64,000 bases of DNA from the human T2T-CHM13v2.0 reference genome, Homo sapiens, in the NCBI RefSeq assembly GCF_009914755.1, contig NC_060936.1, one strand, 5' to 3'. The position numbers and the translations under genes were made by a program. This document shows, piece by piece, positions 38,095 through 50,573 of this stretch. Each line of letters starts with the position of its first letter. Position 1 is the stretch's first letter. The notes under the pieces are model-generated. The model was not told the DNA's origin. It saw nothing but the letters and a program-made list of their open reading frames with translations, and ran no database searches.

Positions 38095-40220
38095 ATTTGT
38101 TATCCACTTCTGCATAACAAATCACCCCAAAACTAGCAGTTTAAAACAACAAACATTCATTATCTCATATTTTCTGTTGGTCAGGAATCTGGGCATGGCT
38201 TCAATGGATCCTCTGCCTCAGAATATCCCACAAGACAACAATTGAGGGATCAGCGGGGGCTGTCATCTCATCTGAAGTCTCAACTAGGGAAGGAGCTGCT
38301 TCCAAGCTCATTCAAGTGATCGATGGCAGAATTTGGTTCCTCATGGGCTGTTGGACTGAAGACTTTAGTTTATCACAGTATGCTGGCTGCAGTCCCCACT
38401 CAGTTCCTTGCCATAAGGGCCTCTCCATAGAGCAGCTTGGCAACAGAGCAGCTGGCTTCATCAGAGTGAGTAAGCAAAAGAGAAAACCTGTGATGGAGGC
38501 CACAGTTTTATTATTTAATCTCAGAAGTAACATCCCATTACTTGTGCTATGAGAAGTGAGTCAGTAAGTCCATCCTCCTTTCCAGGGGATGGGATTGATG
38601 GCAGTGGCAGCCTGTTTGGAGCAGCCACGGCTGAGACACCAGCTGCAGTGGGGGAGATGTGGCTGGGGCTGTGTGCTTCATGGAGCTGGCAGGAGCCAGG
38701 AACCAGCAGGAGCTCCATCCCCTTCCGAGTTGGCAGGGTGAGAGCCCTGTGCTCCTGGACGCAGCTGCAGTCTCCCAGCCATGGCTGCAGACCCGGGCAT
38801 CCCTGTGCTCTCTGGGACTCAGGAAGCCCCTCTGCCCCTGTAGGCTCAGAAATGCCTGCTTCTTCTCCCTGGCCTCTCCCAGCTCCTGATGCCCACTCTG
38901 GGGTGGAGCAAAGTAGTGGCCAAGCCTGGGTGCTGTCACAACCCAGCCAGGTGTGCACATGCCTGGGGTGGTGCTGACACATCAGCCCCCTGCTGCCTCA
39001 GGCCCTTCCAGACTTTGGGTGCCGAGGAGTGCAGGAGGGAGATAGTGGGGTAGGTGGGGGGTGTTGAGGACTGCAGGCACCCCTCAGCACGGACAGCCTG
39101 GGTGCTGTGGATAGCAAACTGATGGTGGCAGGAGGCAGACAGGCTCCTGGGTGGGAAGGGGCAGATTCCTAGTGAAAGCCTCCCTTCAAGCCAGGGATGG
39201 CCTGAAACTTGGGGGCGGGGCTGCCAGTTCCGGGTGGAGTCCACGGCCGTGAGTGAAATCTTATGGTGATTCTTCTGGGTTGCCCATGGCTGCTCATGGA
39301 GCAATCAACACGCACTTCCTCCCTTCTGAGCCCATAAAACTACCCCCTCCCCCAGCCAGGTTCACACAGATGTCGGGACTTACCAGCTGTGGGAAGGAGC
39401 TGCCCACTTTGGGTCTCCTCACTGCTGGACACTCGTCGGGGAAGACCTGCCTGCAGAAAGGAGCTACCCACTTAAAGTCTCCTGAGAGCTATTTTGTCAC
39501 TCAGTGAAGTTCCCCTCTACCTTGCTCACCATCCAGTTGTCCTTGTACTTCATTCTTCCTGGATGTGGAACAAGAACTCCAGACCCACCAAATGGTGGGA
39601 TTGAAAGAGCTGTAACACAAACAGGGCTGAAACACGCCCCCTGCTCACCCCATTGTGGGCGGTGAGAAGGAGAGAAAAGCTGGGGCCCTTTGGGGAGCCC
39701 AGACCTAGGGGTTCCCTGAGCCAGGGCTGTGACACTCTCTTTGGGACTCTGCAGATTCTGGCATCTCCAAGCTTCTGGACACCACCACACCCCCCAGTGC
39801 CCACAGTGGAAGCCATGCGTGGTATGCCTTGTCCAGCCACAGCCTCACAGAGCTGGCACCTGTGCCAATGCCTGGAGCTACACCAATGCCTGGAGCTACC
39901 TGCCCTTCCACAGCTGGCATGCCTGGGTGTACGCAGTGGCCAGACCCTGTGTTCACTCACCCCTCGCAGTTCCACATCTGGTTCACCCTTGGCAGGCATG
40001 GGATCCAGGCTGGTAGTGTGAGCTGAGCTCAGCCTGCTGGGCCGAGTGGGCGGGACAAGCCCAGCAGGCCTGAGCAAAACTCGGGCAAAGATGCCACCAG
40101 CCACAAAGGTTTTTGGCTGGAAAAGTGACACTGCAAGGATCCTGTGACAGTATTACCCAATGGCATGAATATCAGGGGACATGTGTCACTGAGGACCATC
40201 TCAGAGGATGCCCCTCACAG
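38095..40220 (-). mobile_element. MLT1F-like LTR split by MER52
   Basis: CTGCATAACAAATCACCCCAAAACTAGCAGTTTAAAACAAC..GGTCAGGAATCTGGGCATGGC; resumes GGCATGAATATCAGG at ~40160. Confidence 0.85.
38596..40149 (+). mobile_element. MER52 (ERV1) solo LTR, about 1.55 kb, GC-rich
   Basis: TGATGGCAGTGGCAGCC start, GGATCCTGTGACA end, near-TSD GGAT/GTAT; source of the dense ORFs at 38.5-40.1 kb. Confidence 0.9.
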
Positions 40221-40487
40221 GCAGAAAGAAACTAATAAATCCCATAGGGCTGGAAGAACAAAGAGGAAAGATTGTGGTTTTAGAAACTAGATGTTCAGAG
40301 AAGGGTTCCCATGGGGCTGAGACTGACTCTGAGGAGGTGGCCCTGGCCAGCTAATACTGGTAAATCTGACAGGGTACAATGAGGTTGTTTCCGGGAGTAT
40401 AAGGAAAAAACACCTGGAAACAGGACATGATGGCTGTTTCTGCAGCCATCTGGCACTGACAGGAACAGGATGCAGACTTCTGTTTCC

Positions 40488-40937
40488 ATTATGGGTTGAA
40501 TTGCATCCCTCCAAATTCATATGGTGAAGCCCTAACCCACAGTATCCAAGAATGAGACATCATTGAAAATAGGGTCATTGCAGATGTAATTAGTTAAGTA
40601 AAGTGGATTCAGGTGGATTCTAGTCCAATACAACTAATGTCCTTATAAAAAAGTGGAGATTGGGACACAAACACGAACACAGAGAGAAGTTAGTGGGAAT
40701 AGGAAGGCCAGAAGGTATTTCTACAAGCCAAGGAATACCAAAGATTGACAGCAAACCACCAGGAGCTAGGGGAGAGGCATGGAACAGATTCTCTCTCACA
40801 GACCTAGGAAGGAGCCAACCCTGCTGACACCTTGATCTTGGACTTCAAGCCTCCAGAACTCTAAGATGGTAAATTTCTGTTGTTTAATCCACCCAGTTTG
40901 TGATACTTTGTTATGGCAGCCCTAGCAAACTAATACA
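40488..40937 (+). mobile_element. MLT1C-like LTR
   Basis: ATGGGTTGAATTGCATCCCTCCAAATTCATATG..GGCAGCCCTAGCAAACTAATACA. Confidence 0.9.
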
Positions 40938-41129
40938 GCCTCCTCCGTCCTTGAAGTCATCTCTGGAGCCATTCGTCTTACAGAATCTACCAGGGAGGCA
41001 GGCAAGGCAGGATGTCGTTGCAGCCCAGCATCGCCACACAGATCAGAGGGTGGGTGGAAGCTGAGTGTTGGTATCGATAGCTGACACTCACTTCTTTTGG
41101 GGAAGCCTTTAGTGACCTCCTCCTTCATT

Positions 41130-41340
41130 CAGTCTCCAATGTGTACCCTTGGTCCCCAGCACCACCTTCTGTAAGGGCACTTGCTACTCTCTTGTACTAA
41201 CTGATTGTATCTTTCCCTAGACTATAAACTTCATGAGGACAGGCACTCTGTTCTTTTTTCCGCACTGTATCTCTCGCATCAAGCATGGTTTCTGGAACAC
41301 AGTGGGTGGTTAGTAAATATTTGCTGAATGAATGAAGGAT
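41130..41340 (+). mobile_element. L2 3' end
   Basis: CTAGACTATAAACTTCATGAGGACAGG..AAATATTTGCTGAATGAATGAA. Confidence 0.75.
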
Positions 41341-42495
41341 GGTAGAAGTAGAGAAAATGATGCCTGAAGGCAGGAAGGTTGGGTGAAATAGATTGGGACA
41401 CTATCATTTTATATACATAACCTCATTTAATGCTCATAATAATTCTGCAATGCAAGTACTTTTATTCCTATTTCGCTTATGAGGAAATTAGAGATCAAAG
41501 AGATAAAATGACTTGCCCAAGACCACATAATAGCTGGCAAGAGGCAGAGCTAGGGCTTGAACCTCCTTTCTATTATCCAGCTCTCCTCCTAAATTTTAAA
41601 GCCATCATGTATTAAGGATTTATGATATGCCAGGAATTGGGTGAGATGCTATCTGCATATCCCTATCTATATCCATATTTGTATTGGCTACATTATCATT
41701 TAATCCTCATTTCATAGAGTAAGCAATGCTGATTAAGAGCTAGAAACTAAAAAGAATATTCCAGTTAAGTCCAATTCCACCGTGCAGCCATTCAGCTCAA
41801 AATCAACCAATGTCCCTCCACTAAGAGTGGATTAATAGATTGTTGATACATCTAATGATTTGTTTAATTGATGGCTTCTGCCATTATTAGAGGAGAGTTT
41901 AAAGGGGTTTTTATGAGTTTAAGACCCACATCAATTAGCCTTGGAAACAAGAGTGTAAACACAAATGTTATTTGTCCTGTTGCCAAGGAAAATAAGCACC
42001 TATACTTGTAGCCAAAGCTTTAAGAATTTAGTCAGCAAATATTTGAGCGTGTACTATGTGTTTGGCGCTGCTCTCACAGCTGTGTGGGATATAAAAGTAT
42101 AAGATGCACTTCCTGTCCCCAGGGACCTTGCAATGTAGTTAAGGAAGAGAGATATGCACACATGGAATGTTAATTAACAAAGCAAGGCCATCTAGGGTAA
42201 ATAGCAAATTAATGGAATGAACAATAGGAAAATGGTGCTTAGGGAATTCAGAGGAGGGAGTGTTGATGGTGATAGTAATAAAGAAATTTAGTATCATTTT
42301 ATTGAGCATTTATTGTATCCCAGACACATGGCATTAAGTGCTCTATGTGTATTACCATTTTACAGCTGAGGAAACTGAGGCTTAGGGAAGTTGAATGACA
42401 TGCACAAGGCCACACAGCCAGTGGGTGATGACAGGAGAGTGATCTTGGGGTATCTCACACAAGAAGGAGCTCTTAATTTCTTGACATTCTTTATA

Positions 42496-43080
<585 letters not shown>

Positions 43081-44099
43081 ATTCTATTAATACATTTTGA
43101 GAATGGGTTGTATTCTGTATGTCCACAGGCAGCAGTGACTGTGTAGGGAGGCTGGGGAAGCTCATGTAAATCTTCTTAGAGTTGATGAAATTTAAACTGG
43201 GTTTTGAAGCATGAATAAGAGTACAATAGTTGGAGAAGGAGAGAAGCCATTCCATGCAGAAGGAACAGTGTATGTAAAGCATGTAGGCTTCTTCCTTATA
43301 TTTTTCCTTCTTCCTTTAGCTATATCCACCACACCCCTGTCCTTTCTTTCTTTTCTTTTTTTTTTAAGTCATCCTCACTCTCTTATGTCCCTTCCTCCAG
43401 GAAGGGTTTGGATATTTACCTTTTTACTTTGCTGGCACTAGCCTTTTTGAGGGGGAGAGAGAACCCTCTGTGATTTCCAGAGTAGACCCTGATCTCATCA
43501 ATTATTTTAAGCACTTGGAAGAGAAGGATGTATGATCCCTCCTCCCACAACACATACCTATTAAAAATGCTAGGAACATGTTGTTGAGTGAACAATCCTT
43601 GGGAGAACTAAAGTGCTTATTGCCAATTTTAAAAAAAGGCATTCTGAGAGAAAACTAAAGCAGATGGAAATAAATTGAATTTTCTGCCCTAGTAGATCTT
43701 GAGCTGTGAAACCCACATAACTGACCACTGGTTTTCAGAGGGGGTGGGTGGATATGAGAAGTAAGAAGGCAGGGGGAAAGAAGAGGAGCTCACAGGAGCT
43801 CAGAAGAGCATTTGAAAGGGAGGAAAGAATCATTTTGCAGAATGAAGAGTGCAGTCCCATAGGACATCCAGGTTCTTTCCCAGAGGCCAGAGGAAACTTG
43901 TTAGGCATACCAGACATGATAACCTCTTAGAGCTTCTGTTTTTTCATCTTTGTAATGGGGTAATAGCACTGAACCCGTGAGAAAATACAAGATGAGTTGT
44001 ATAAAGAGTTGTTTGGCACATAGTAGAAGTTCAAAAATATTATCTATTATTAACAATAACATTGGGTTAGAGAGTAGAGTGCAAGGTTGAGATTTTAGG

Positions 44100-44535
44100 T
44101 TAGGTTCTGTAGAAGAAGAATATGAGATTGAGATTCTCATGAATGTAATATATTGAGGTAAGACCCTTAGAAGAAAAGGAGAAGGGGAGGAAAAGAAGCA
44201 GGAGTGATCAGGGGAAGGAGCCAAGCAAGGGTATGGCCTCAGTTGGAAACTATGGCCTGGTCCCACAGGGAGCTCTGGAGCATGAATTGTGCAGAATTGA
44301 TCCCATGTTAAAGCAAGGGGATGAGCCTTTTAAAACTCCAGGTCGGTCAGTTATTGGATGCAGGCTGTCTTGAAGGAAGTTGTGTACCTAAAATGAGCTT
44401 TCTGGGTGAGACAGTTCCTGTTTGGCTGACAGCAACTTTCCTCTAGGGCAGATGTCAGCCTTGCAGCCAATACTCACAACATCTAGGGTATGGACGTCTT
44501 GGGCTAGTAAAGTGGATCAGATTTGGGTACACCAA
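44100..44535 (-). mobile_element. Old ERVL LTR (LTR16/LTR67-like)
   Basis: TCCCACAGGGAGCTCTGGAGCATGAATTG; TCAGTTATTGGATGCAGGCTG. Confidence 0.55.
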
Positions 44536-45142
44536 AAATTGTCAGGGTGAAGGATGATGAATGGGAACTCAACAAAGTGAGCATATCACTTCTGTTCTTA
44601 TGTAGTGTGAGGATGAACATCTTGATGCAGAGATTAAGGGAAGACCCATGCTGATATCACCCAGGAGATTTCCAGCTAAGTCCTCATAAGGATCTCAAGA
44701 ACTTCCAGCTTCCCATCGGGACCTATCTTATAGTATGCTGTTGTTTAAAGATGAACACTGTTAAAGATGAACACTTCTGATCTGTGACTTTTGAGATTCA
44801 ATTGACTTCTCAGGGGCAGAAATGATGTCTTATCTTTCTTTGCATCATACATGTTGCCAAGCATGGTGACTTTTATGGACAGTTGGTGCTCAGCAAGTGT
44901 TGGCTGATTGAAGATCATCTTCCCCAGGTATTCTCAGGAATCCCAAGCTGTTGATTTTCTGGAGTAAATAGAGAAAACACTTTCAGTTATGAATGTCTAG
45001 GCTTCTTGGTTTGGCATTTGAGGTCCTCCCCTTTCACTTCACCCTCATGTTCTGGTCTCCAGAGTTATTTCCGAAGACCCTCTCGCCCACCTTTACAAGC
45101 CTTATGTTAATATTCGATGCTTTCAACCTTTTTATCATACTG

Positions 45143-45396
45143 TAGTATCATCATTTACTGTATTCCATACACATGGTATTCAGTGCTTTATGTGCATTAC
45201 CATTTTACAGATGAGGAAACTGAGGCTTAGAGAAGTTGAGTGACTTGCACAAGGTCACACGGCCAGTGAGTGATGAAGGGAGAATTTGATCTTGGGTTAT
45301 TTCACACAAGAAGGAGCTTTTAACTTCTTGCCATTCTCTATATTTTTTTAAAAAAATATTTTTAATTTTTGTGAGTACATAGTAGGTGTATACATC
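45143..45396 (+). repeat. Recipient copy of the 42289-42545 duplication, next to an L2 fragment
   Basis: Same MIR-spacer-L1MA junction; flanked by ATCATAC at 45134-45140 and 45394-45400. Confidence 0.9.
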
Positions 45397-45886
45397 ATAC
45401 CTAGTTGTTCAGGCTAAAATCCTAGGAATGATTTTTGATTCCTGTCTTTCTCTGATTACGTCAAATACACTGGCAAGTCTGGTTTATTTTACTTTCAATT
45501 ATGCCCGAATCTGCCCACTTTCTGTCCTTTTCTTTGCTATCATCCCAGCCTGTCTCTCCCCTATCCCTCACCCAGATTACAAGAACCTTCTCAGTGGTGT
45601 CCCTGGTCCAAATCTTGCTCAGAAAAGCAGGTTGTGTTGAGTACAGTGCCTGGCATATAGTGGGTTCTCAATGAATTCTTGCTGAATGGATAGGGAATGA
45701 GCATAAGGATCTCTTTTTGACATTAAAAAAACATGGATTTTTAAAATAGCAGGTATCTGAATAAATTTTGTTCAAGGAGCCATTTGTTGACCAAATATAT
45801 CTACGCATTCAGTAACTCTTTCAAAGGGATGAACATGCAGACATTGGCAAGTAATTGTACTGGGGATGAGACATTAACAGATGCCT

Positions 45887-45917
45887 TGCAATACCTCTGC
45901 AGCCCTCTAGGAGGCGG
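45887..45917 (+). promoter_or_regulatory. Candidate CTCF site (core plus upstream motif)
   Basis: TGCAATACC-N8-CCTCTAGGAGGCGG; 12/14 match to CCASYAGRKGGCRS; CpGs retained locally. Confidence 0.6.
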
Positions 45918-46379
45918 TGGCTCGCCGGTTAGATACCACTGCTCTGGTTAAACAAGGTCTTTGCTATTCCTGCAGCATGATTCATTCTGGGATTCTCTTG
46001 CCATCCTTGTGCCTTTGTTCTGGCTGTGTCCTCCACCTGGAATGCCCTTTCGAATTCACCTCAAACGCAATGTATACAAAGCTCATCCATCTTTAAAGTC
46101 TCAACCCAAATGTCAACTCTTTTGAAGCCTTTTCTGATTTCACCCAAGTGAGAAGAGATATCGCCCTCCTTGCTAAGCCTCCATAGAGCTTTATCTATAC
46201 TGCCTTTATTTATAGCTGTGGCTGTCTGACTTGGAAATTTCATGATCTTTTTTAAAGAAGATGTCTGACATTGATTCGGCAACTTTGGATTTTGCTAAAA
46301 AGCCTTTGAAACAAACAGATCTTGTCACCACCCTCATTTTATAAAAGAAATTTAATTCTTTATCTTTTATTTTATTTTT

Positions 46380-46532
46380 TAGTATTTATTTTTTAAAGAT
46401 TTTTTTTAAAAATAGAGATGGGGGTCTCCCTGTATTGCCCAAGATGGTCTCAAACTCCTAGGCTCAAGTGATCCTTCCACCTCAGCCTTGCAGAGTGCTG
46501 GTATTACAGGCATGAGCAACTGCACCCAGCCA
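46380..46532 (-). mobile_element. FLAM / Alu left monomer
   Basis: TAGAGATGGGGGTCTCCC..ATTACAGGCATGAGCAACTGCACCCAGCC. Confidence 0.88.
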
Positions 46533-47810
46533 AGAAACTTATTTAAACATGAGAGAAAGGGAAGGAAGTGCATGATTTCAAAATAAAGAATTATTTTAAC
46601 AAACGAATTTAGTTCTATGAAAAATTATTACAAGGGTGGTTCTTATTTTTCCCTTGTTTCTGAGTCCTAGTAAAGAATTCATCACAGCAAAGCCCTGGTC
46701 CAGAGAGGGGAATATGAAAAATTTGTCATCTAATTCTTCAGGTCCTTACTCCATTACCACTTCTAGCCTGAGCTTCTGAAGTGTCTGAATCACCACCATC
46801 TCCCCAACAAATCCTGTCTCATGGTGAATGGTGTAAGACTATTTGATAGAGGACAGTGCAGAGCAGAGACCCTGCTCTTTCTCTCAAATAGTTTTGGTTC
46901 CTCATCCTTTGGTCTCTGTGCCATTGATGATTAAAGAAAGCCCTTAGAGTAGGCTTACCCTTTTCTGGAAGGTGAGGGCATTGTAGAGCCCCTTGCATTT
47001 TTGTGCCACTTACTTAGCACTAAAGGTAATCACTCAGCCTTCCAGGAAGACATTTTCTGTCCAATGTGGGGGAAAGAGGCTATGATATTCTTGATTTTTT
47101 ATGTTGTAGTAGGCTCAATAAATACTTTTCAAGTCTCTATGGCTCAACCTTGCACTCTGATGTTAGCTCTTCCTTTTGGTCCTGAGAGTTTTCTTTGCTG
47201 AACATGAGCCTTGCCATGGTTGGCATTATGTTGCAGAATACAGCTGTTCCTTTAAACAATGGCAAGATGCAGTGGAGACTAAAGGTGGCTGAGTTCTGGG
47301 TCCCTTCCAGCTATGGGAGAGTTCTTGTGGCTCATCCGGAGCTGCTTTTGATGACTGCTCTTTTTAGAGCCCCTGGGAGAACTTGACCAAAATAAACAGC
47401 ATATTCTTGGGTCAAGGTGCTAATCACAGACACCCTAGGAATTTAGGGGACAGAGATGTCTCAGGAGGCTGAATGCCTAGTTCTCAGACCCTCTGTCTGA
47501 GGGATAATGAATTCTCATTTGATCATCTGCTGTGTAAATCACCAACGATGGGGAGTTAATCATGCATATGAAATGAATCCCTTCTCTGAGTTAATGAGCA
47601 CAGAGCTCAGAGCAGCATCTGTTTACTCCCTCTACTTTCACATCTCTGGCAGTTTGAACAATTAATTGTACCCAATAATCTCCCTTTGTTTTCAAGCACT
47701 AGGGAAAGAACCCTGTTCTCCCGAAAACACATCTTTCTACTGAGCAATGGGTAGGGAAACTTCTGCTCAGTGTCTTTACACACTTAAAAGTGTTCTAAGA
47801 ATCAGAGGAT

Positions 47811-47821
47811 GTGTGTTTGCT

Positions 47822-47859
<38 letters not shown>

Positions 47860-47895
47860 GGAGAGAGAGAGAGAAGAGACAGAGGAGAGAGGAGA
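47811..47895. repeat. (TG)n(GA)n compound microsatellite
   Basis: Read directly from the sequence. Confidence 0.9.
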
Positions 47896-47929
47896 AGAAA
47901 ATCAAGAAGAAAGAAAAATTTTCAAGTTT

Positions 47930-48915
47930 ATTTTATGAGTATTGCATAATGATTCACACAATGTGCCAAGTTGCCAAGGGCTTCACTTGTGGGATCGTGT
48001 TTCATCACCACAGTTACAGATAGAAGTATTATTATTTACCTTTTATAGAGGAGAGCGCTGAGGTTCAGAGGGGTAAAGTCACTTGCCCAAGCCACTGGGC
48101 TAGGAAATGGGTGGGGAGGGATTGGAGCGCAGGCTGCTCTGACTCCAAGGCTTAGAGCTTTAGTTAGCCCTTCTACTCTACTCACCCTTTCCTTGCAGTG
48201 TAGACCTCACTCACCTTCAAGTCCCTGTCCTAATGCCTCTTCTCTGATCCCTCTAGGACAGCCCACAGGCAGAGGCTCTGAACTTGCCACTTAGCAGTAT
48301 TGGGCAAGTCATTTCACTTCCCTGAGCTTCAATTTCCTCATTTTTCTGCTGGGAACAACCCCAATGCCTTTGTAGATGTTGTTGTGAGGATTAAATGAGA
48401 TAGTACAGAGAGAGGGGTAGAGGAGGAGAGAGAGAGGGAGAGAGAGAGAGAGAACACAGAATCCTTTATTAGTAATACTCTTATTACTGTTCTTTATGAA
48501 GCACTTACTATATCCCAGGCACTTTGTTAAGTATTTTATATACAGTATGCATCTCTAAGTCTCACAACCTCCCTGGCAAGTAGATATTAATCAATCAATA
48601 ACCAGTCAATCATTCAGCAAATATTTACTGAGTATCTTCTATGTTCGGGCATGTCTTGGTGCTAGGGCTAGAGTCTAGTTGGGATGGTAGACAATAAATA
48701 AAATGATATAATTAAATGCTGGTGAAAGTTAGACAGGGGAAGTACATGTGCTGTAAGAGCACCTAGTAAAGGGAGGGGGACCTGACCTATGTTGGGGGAA
48801 GGGTTATCAGAGATGTCTGTTTGGATAAAATGACGTTTCAGCTGAGCCTAGAGGATTGAGTAGAAGAAAGTCAAACCAAAGAAAAAGGTGGGGGAGAACA
48901 TTCTGAGCAGAGAAC
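47930..48915. mobile_element. Cluster of MIR fragments in both orientations plus L2 (48600-48915)
   Basis: GCTGAGGTTCAGAGGGGTAAAGTCACTTGCCCAAG; GGGCAAGTCATTTCACTTCCCTGAGC; CATTCAGCAAATATTTACTGAG. Confidence 0.7.
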
Positions 48916-49240
48916 AAGGTATGTTATGCTTATTTAACCAGGATATTTCCTATTTTAATCCAAAGATGTAACCAAATGTGGGTGGCATTAGGGTCTGTGG
49001 CACACTGTTGGAGCTGAGGGAAGGGAATTGTTTGAGGCAAGAATATGTCCTATTCAGATCACCTGGACTATTTCCATGCACATGACTATAAGGTCATCAG
49101 TTGATTTTTTGCAGTGAATATTCTGCTCTCGGTAACCTTAGAAAATCAAAATTAGAAGGAAACTTGGATGTCATCTGGGGATCAGAGAGTGCACAGAGAT
49201 TGCACCTAATGTGGCAGCTGTTGTCAACTGGTAGCATCTG

Positions 49241-49595
49241 TGATATGGTTTGGCTGTGTCCCCACCCAAATCTCATCTTGAAGTGTAGCTTCCATAATCC
49301 CCATGTGTCGTGGGAGCCACCCGGTGGCAGGTAATTGAATCATGAGGGTGGGGTTTTCCCATGCTGTTCACATGATAGTAAGACTCACGACATCTGATGG
49401 TTTTATAAAGGGGAGTCCCCTTGCACATGCCCTCTTGCCTGCTACCATGTAAGATGTAGCTTTGCTCCTCATTTGCCTTCTGCCATGATTGTGAGGCCTC
49501 CCCAGCCATGTTGAACTGTGAGTCAAACTCTTTCCTTTATAAATTACCCAGTCTTGGGTATGTTTTTATTCGCAGCATGAGAACAGACTAATACA
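49241..49595 (+). mobile_element. THE1 (C/D-like) solo LTR, inside a MER102-like relic
   Basis: TGATATGGTTTGGCTGTGTCCCCACCCAAATCTC ... GAACAGACTAATACA; 5-bp TSD (A/G)TCTG. Confidence 0.95.
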
Positions 49596-50235
49596 GTCTG
49601 GCTACACTTACCTGTTGGGAAGAGGCCCTATTGGTAGCAAAGAGTGGTGAGATTGATTAGTGATGACTGTTTTGGGCATGAAATCAGAGATTGGTGGCAG
49701 GTATCAAAAAAAGCTCTTTGGCTTCCAGAGGTCCTTTTAGAGAGAAAACCATCTTTGTCTTGGATATATTTTTACAGGTTGTTTTAGGTGTTAAAGACAG
49801 GGCCTGATGGACATAAGCTATAACAAAATAGCAAAACAAAATAAGAGGTCAATTGTTCTGCCAAATGAATAAGAATTCAAGATCATGGATGAGCAGGAGA
49901 GGCAGAAAAGAGAAAGGAAGTGTAGGAGAAAAGAGGCTGAGCTACATGCTGGGTAGTGGAGCTTCAAAGAGAATGGAAGAGAACACGGGAAATTCCTTAT
50001 GGTAGAGCAGACAAAGATTTCAAAAGTCAGAATACCTCATTTCCAATTTGTTGATCAAAACTGACAATTCTAGTCTTTCATACTTGCTGACACTTGTGTT
50101 GGTGGCATTTGGGGAAATAAAGGAATGGGAGCAGTGTTCAGTATGAGATGACATAATAAGGGAAAAGAAGAGAGCATGTAAGGTGCTTAAGTGTTGATCC
50201 ACAAAAGGAACCAACTCAGCAAAACAGAGAATCCA

Positions 50236-50519
50236 GGCTGGATGTGGTGGCTCATGCCTGTAATTCCAGCAATTGGGGAAGCCGAAGTGAGAGCTTCAGC
50301 GGAGCCCAGGAATTCAAGAACAGCCTGGGCAACATAGTGAGACCTGTCTCTTCGGAAAAAAAAAATGGCTATGCACAGTGGCACACACCTATGGTTCCAG
50401 CTAATTTGGAGGCTGAGGTGAGAGGATCGCTTGAACCTGAGAAGTCAAGGATCATGCCACTGTACCCCAGTGTGGGCAACAGAGACAGACCCTGTCTTAA
50501 AGAGAGAGAGGAGAGAGAC

Positions 50520-50570
<51 letters not shown>
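50236..50570 (+). mobile_element. AluJ with a (GA)n tail
   Basis: Diverged dimer followed by (GA)n at 50500-50570. Confidence 0.9.

Positions 50571-50573
<3 letters not shown>

Larger units (their letters stand above)
37950..41060. mobile_element. Ancient LTR (LTR78/79-like) hosting nested LTRs
   Basis: TTAATATAGGGAATTGGTTAA.. at 37950-38090, apparently resuming at ~40220 and ~40940. Confidence 0.45.

Noticed and set aside
38521-40131. Many overlapping 100-190 aa ORFs
   Set aside because: All lie within the GC-rich MER52 LTR; no domain recognised
46261-46344. Short ORF MSDIDSATLDFAKKPLKQTDLVTTLIL, faintly like thymosin beta
   Set aside because: Nucleotide similarity is limited to about 10 bp; no UTR homology, poly(A) or TSD; likely chance
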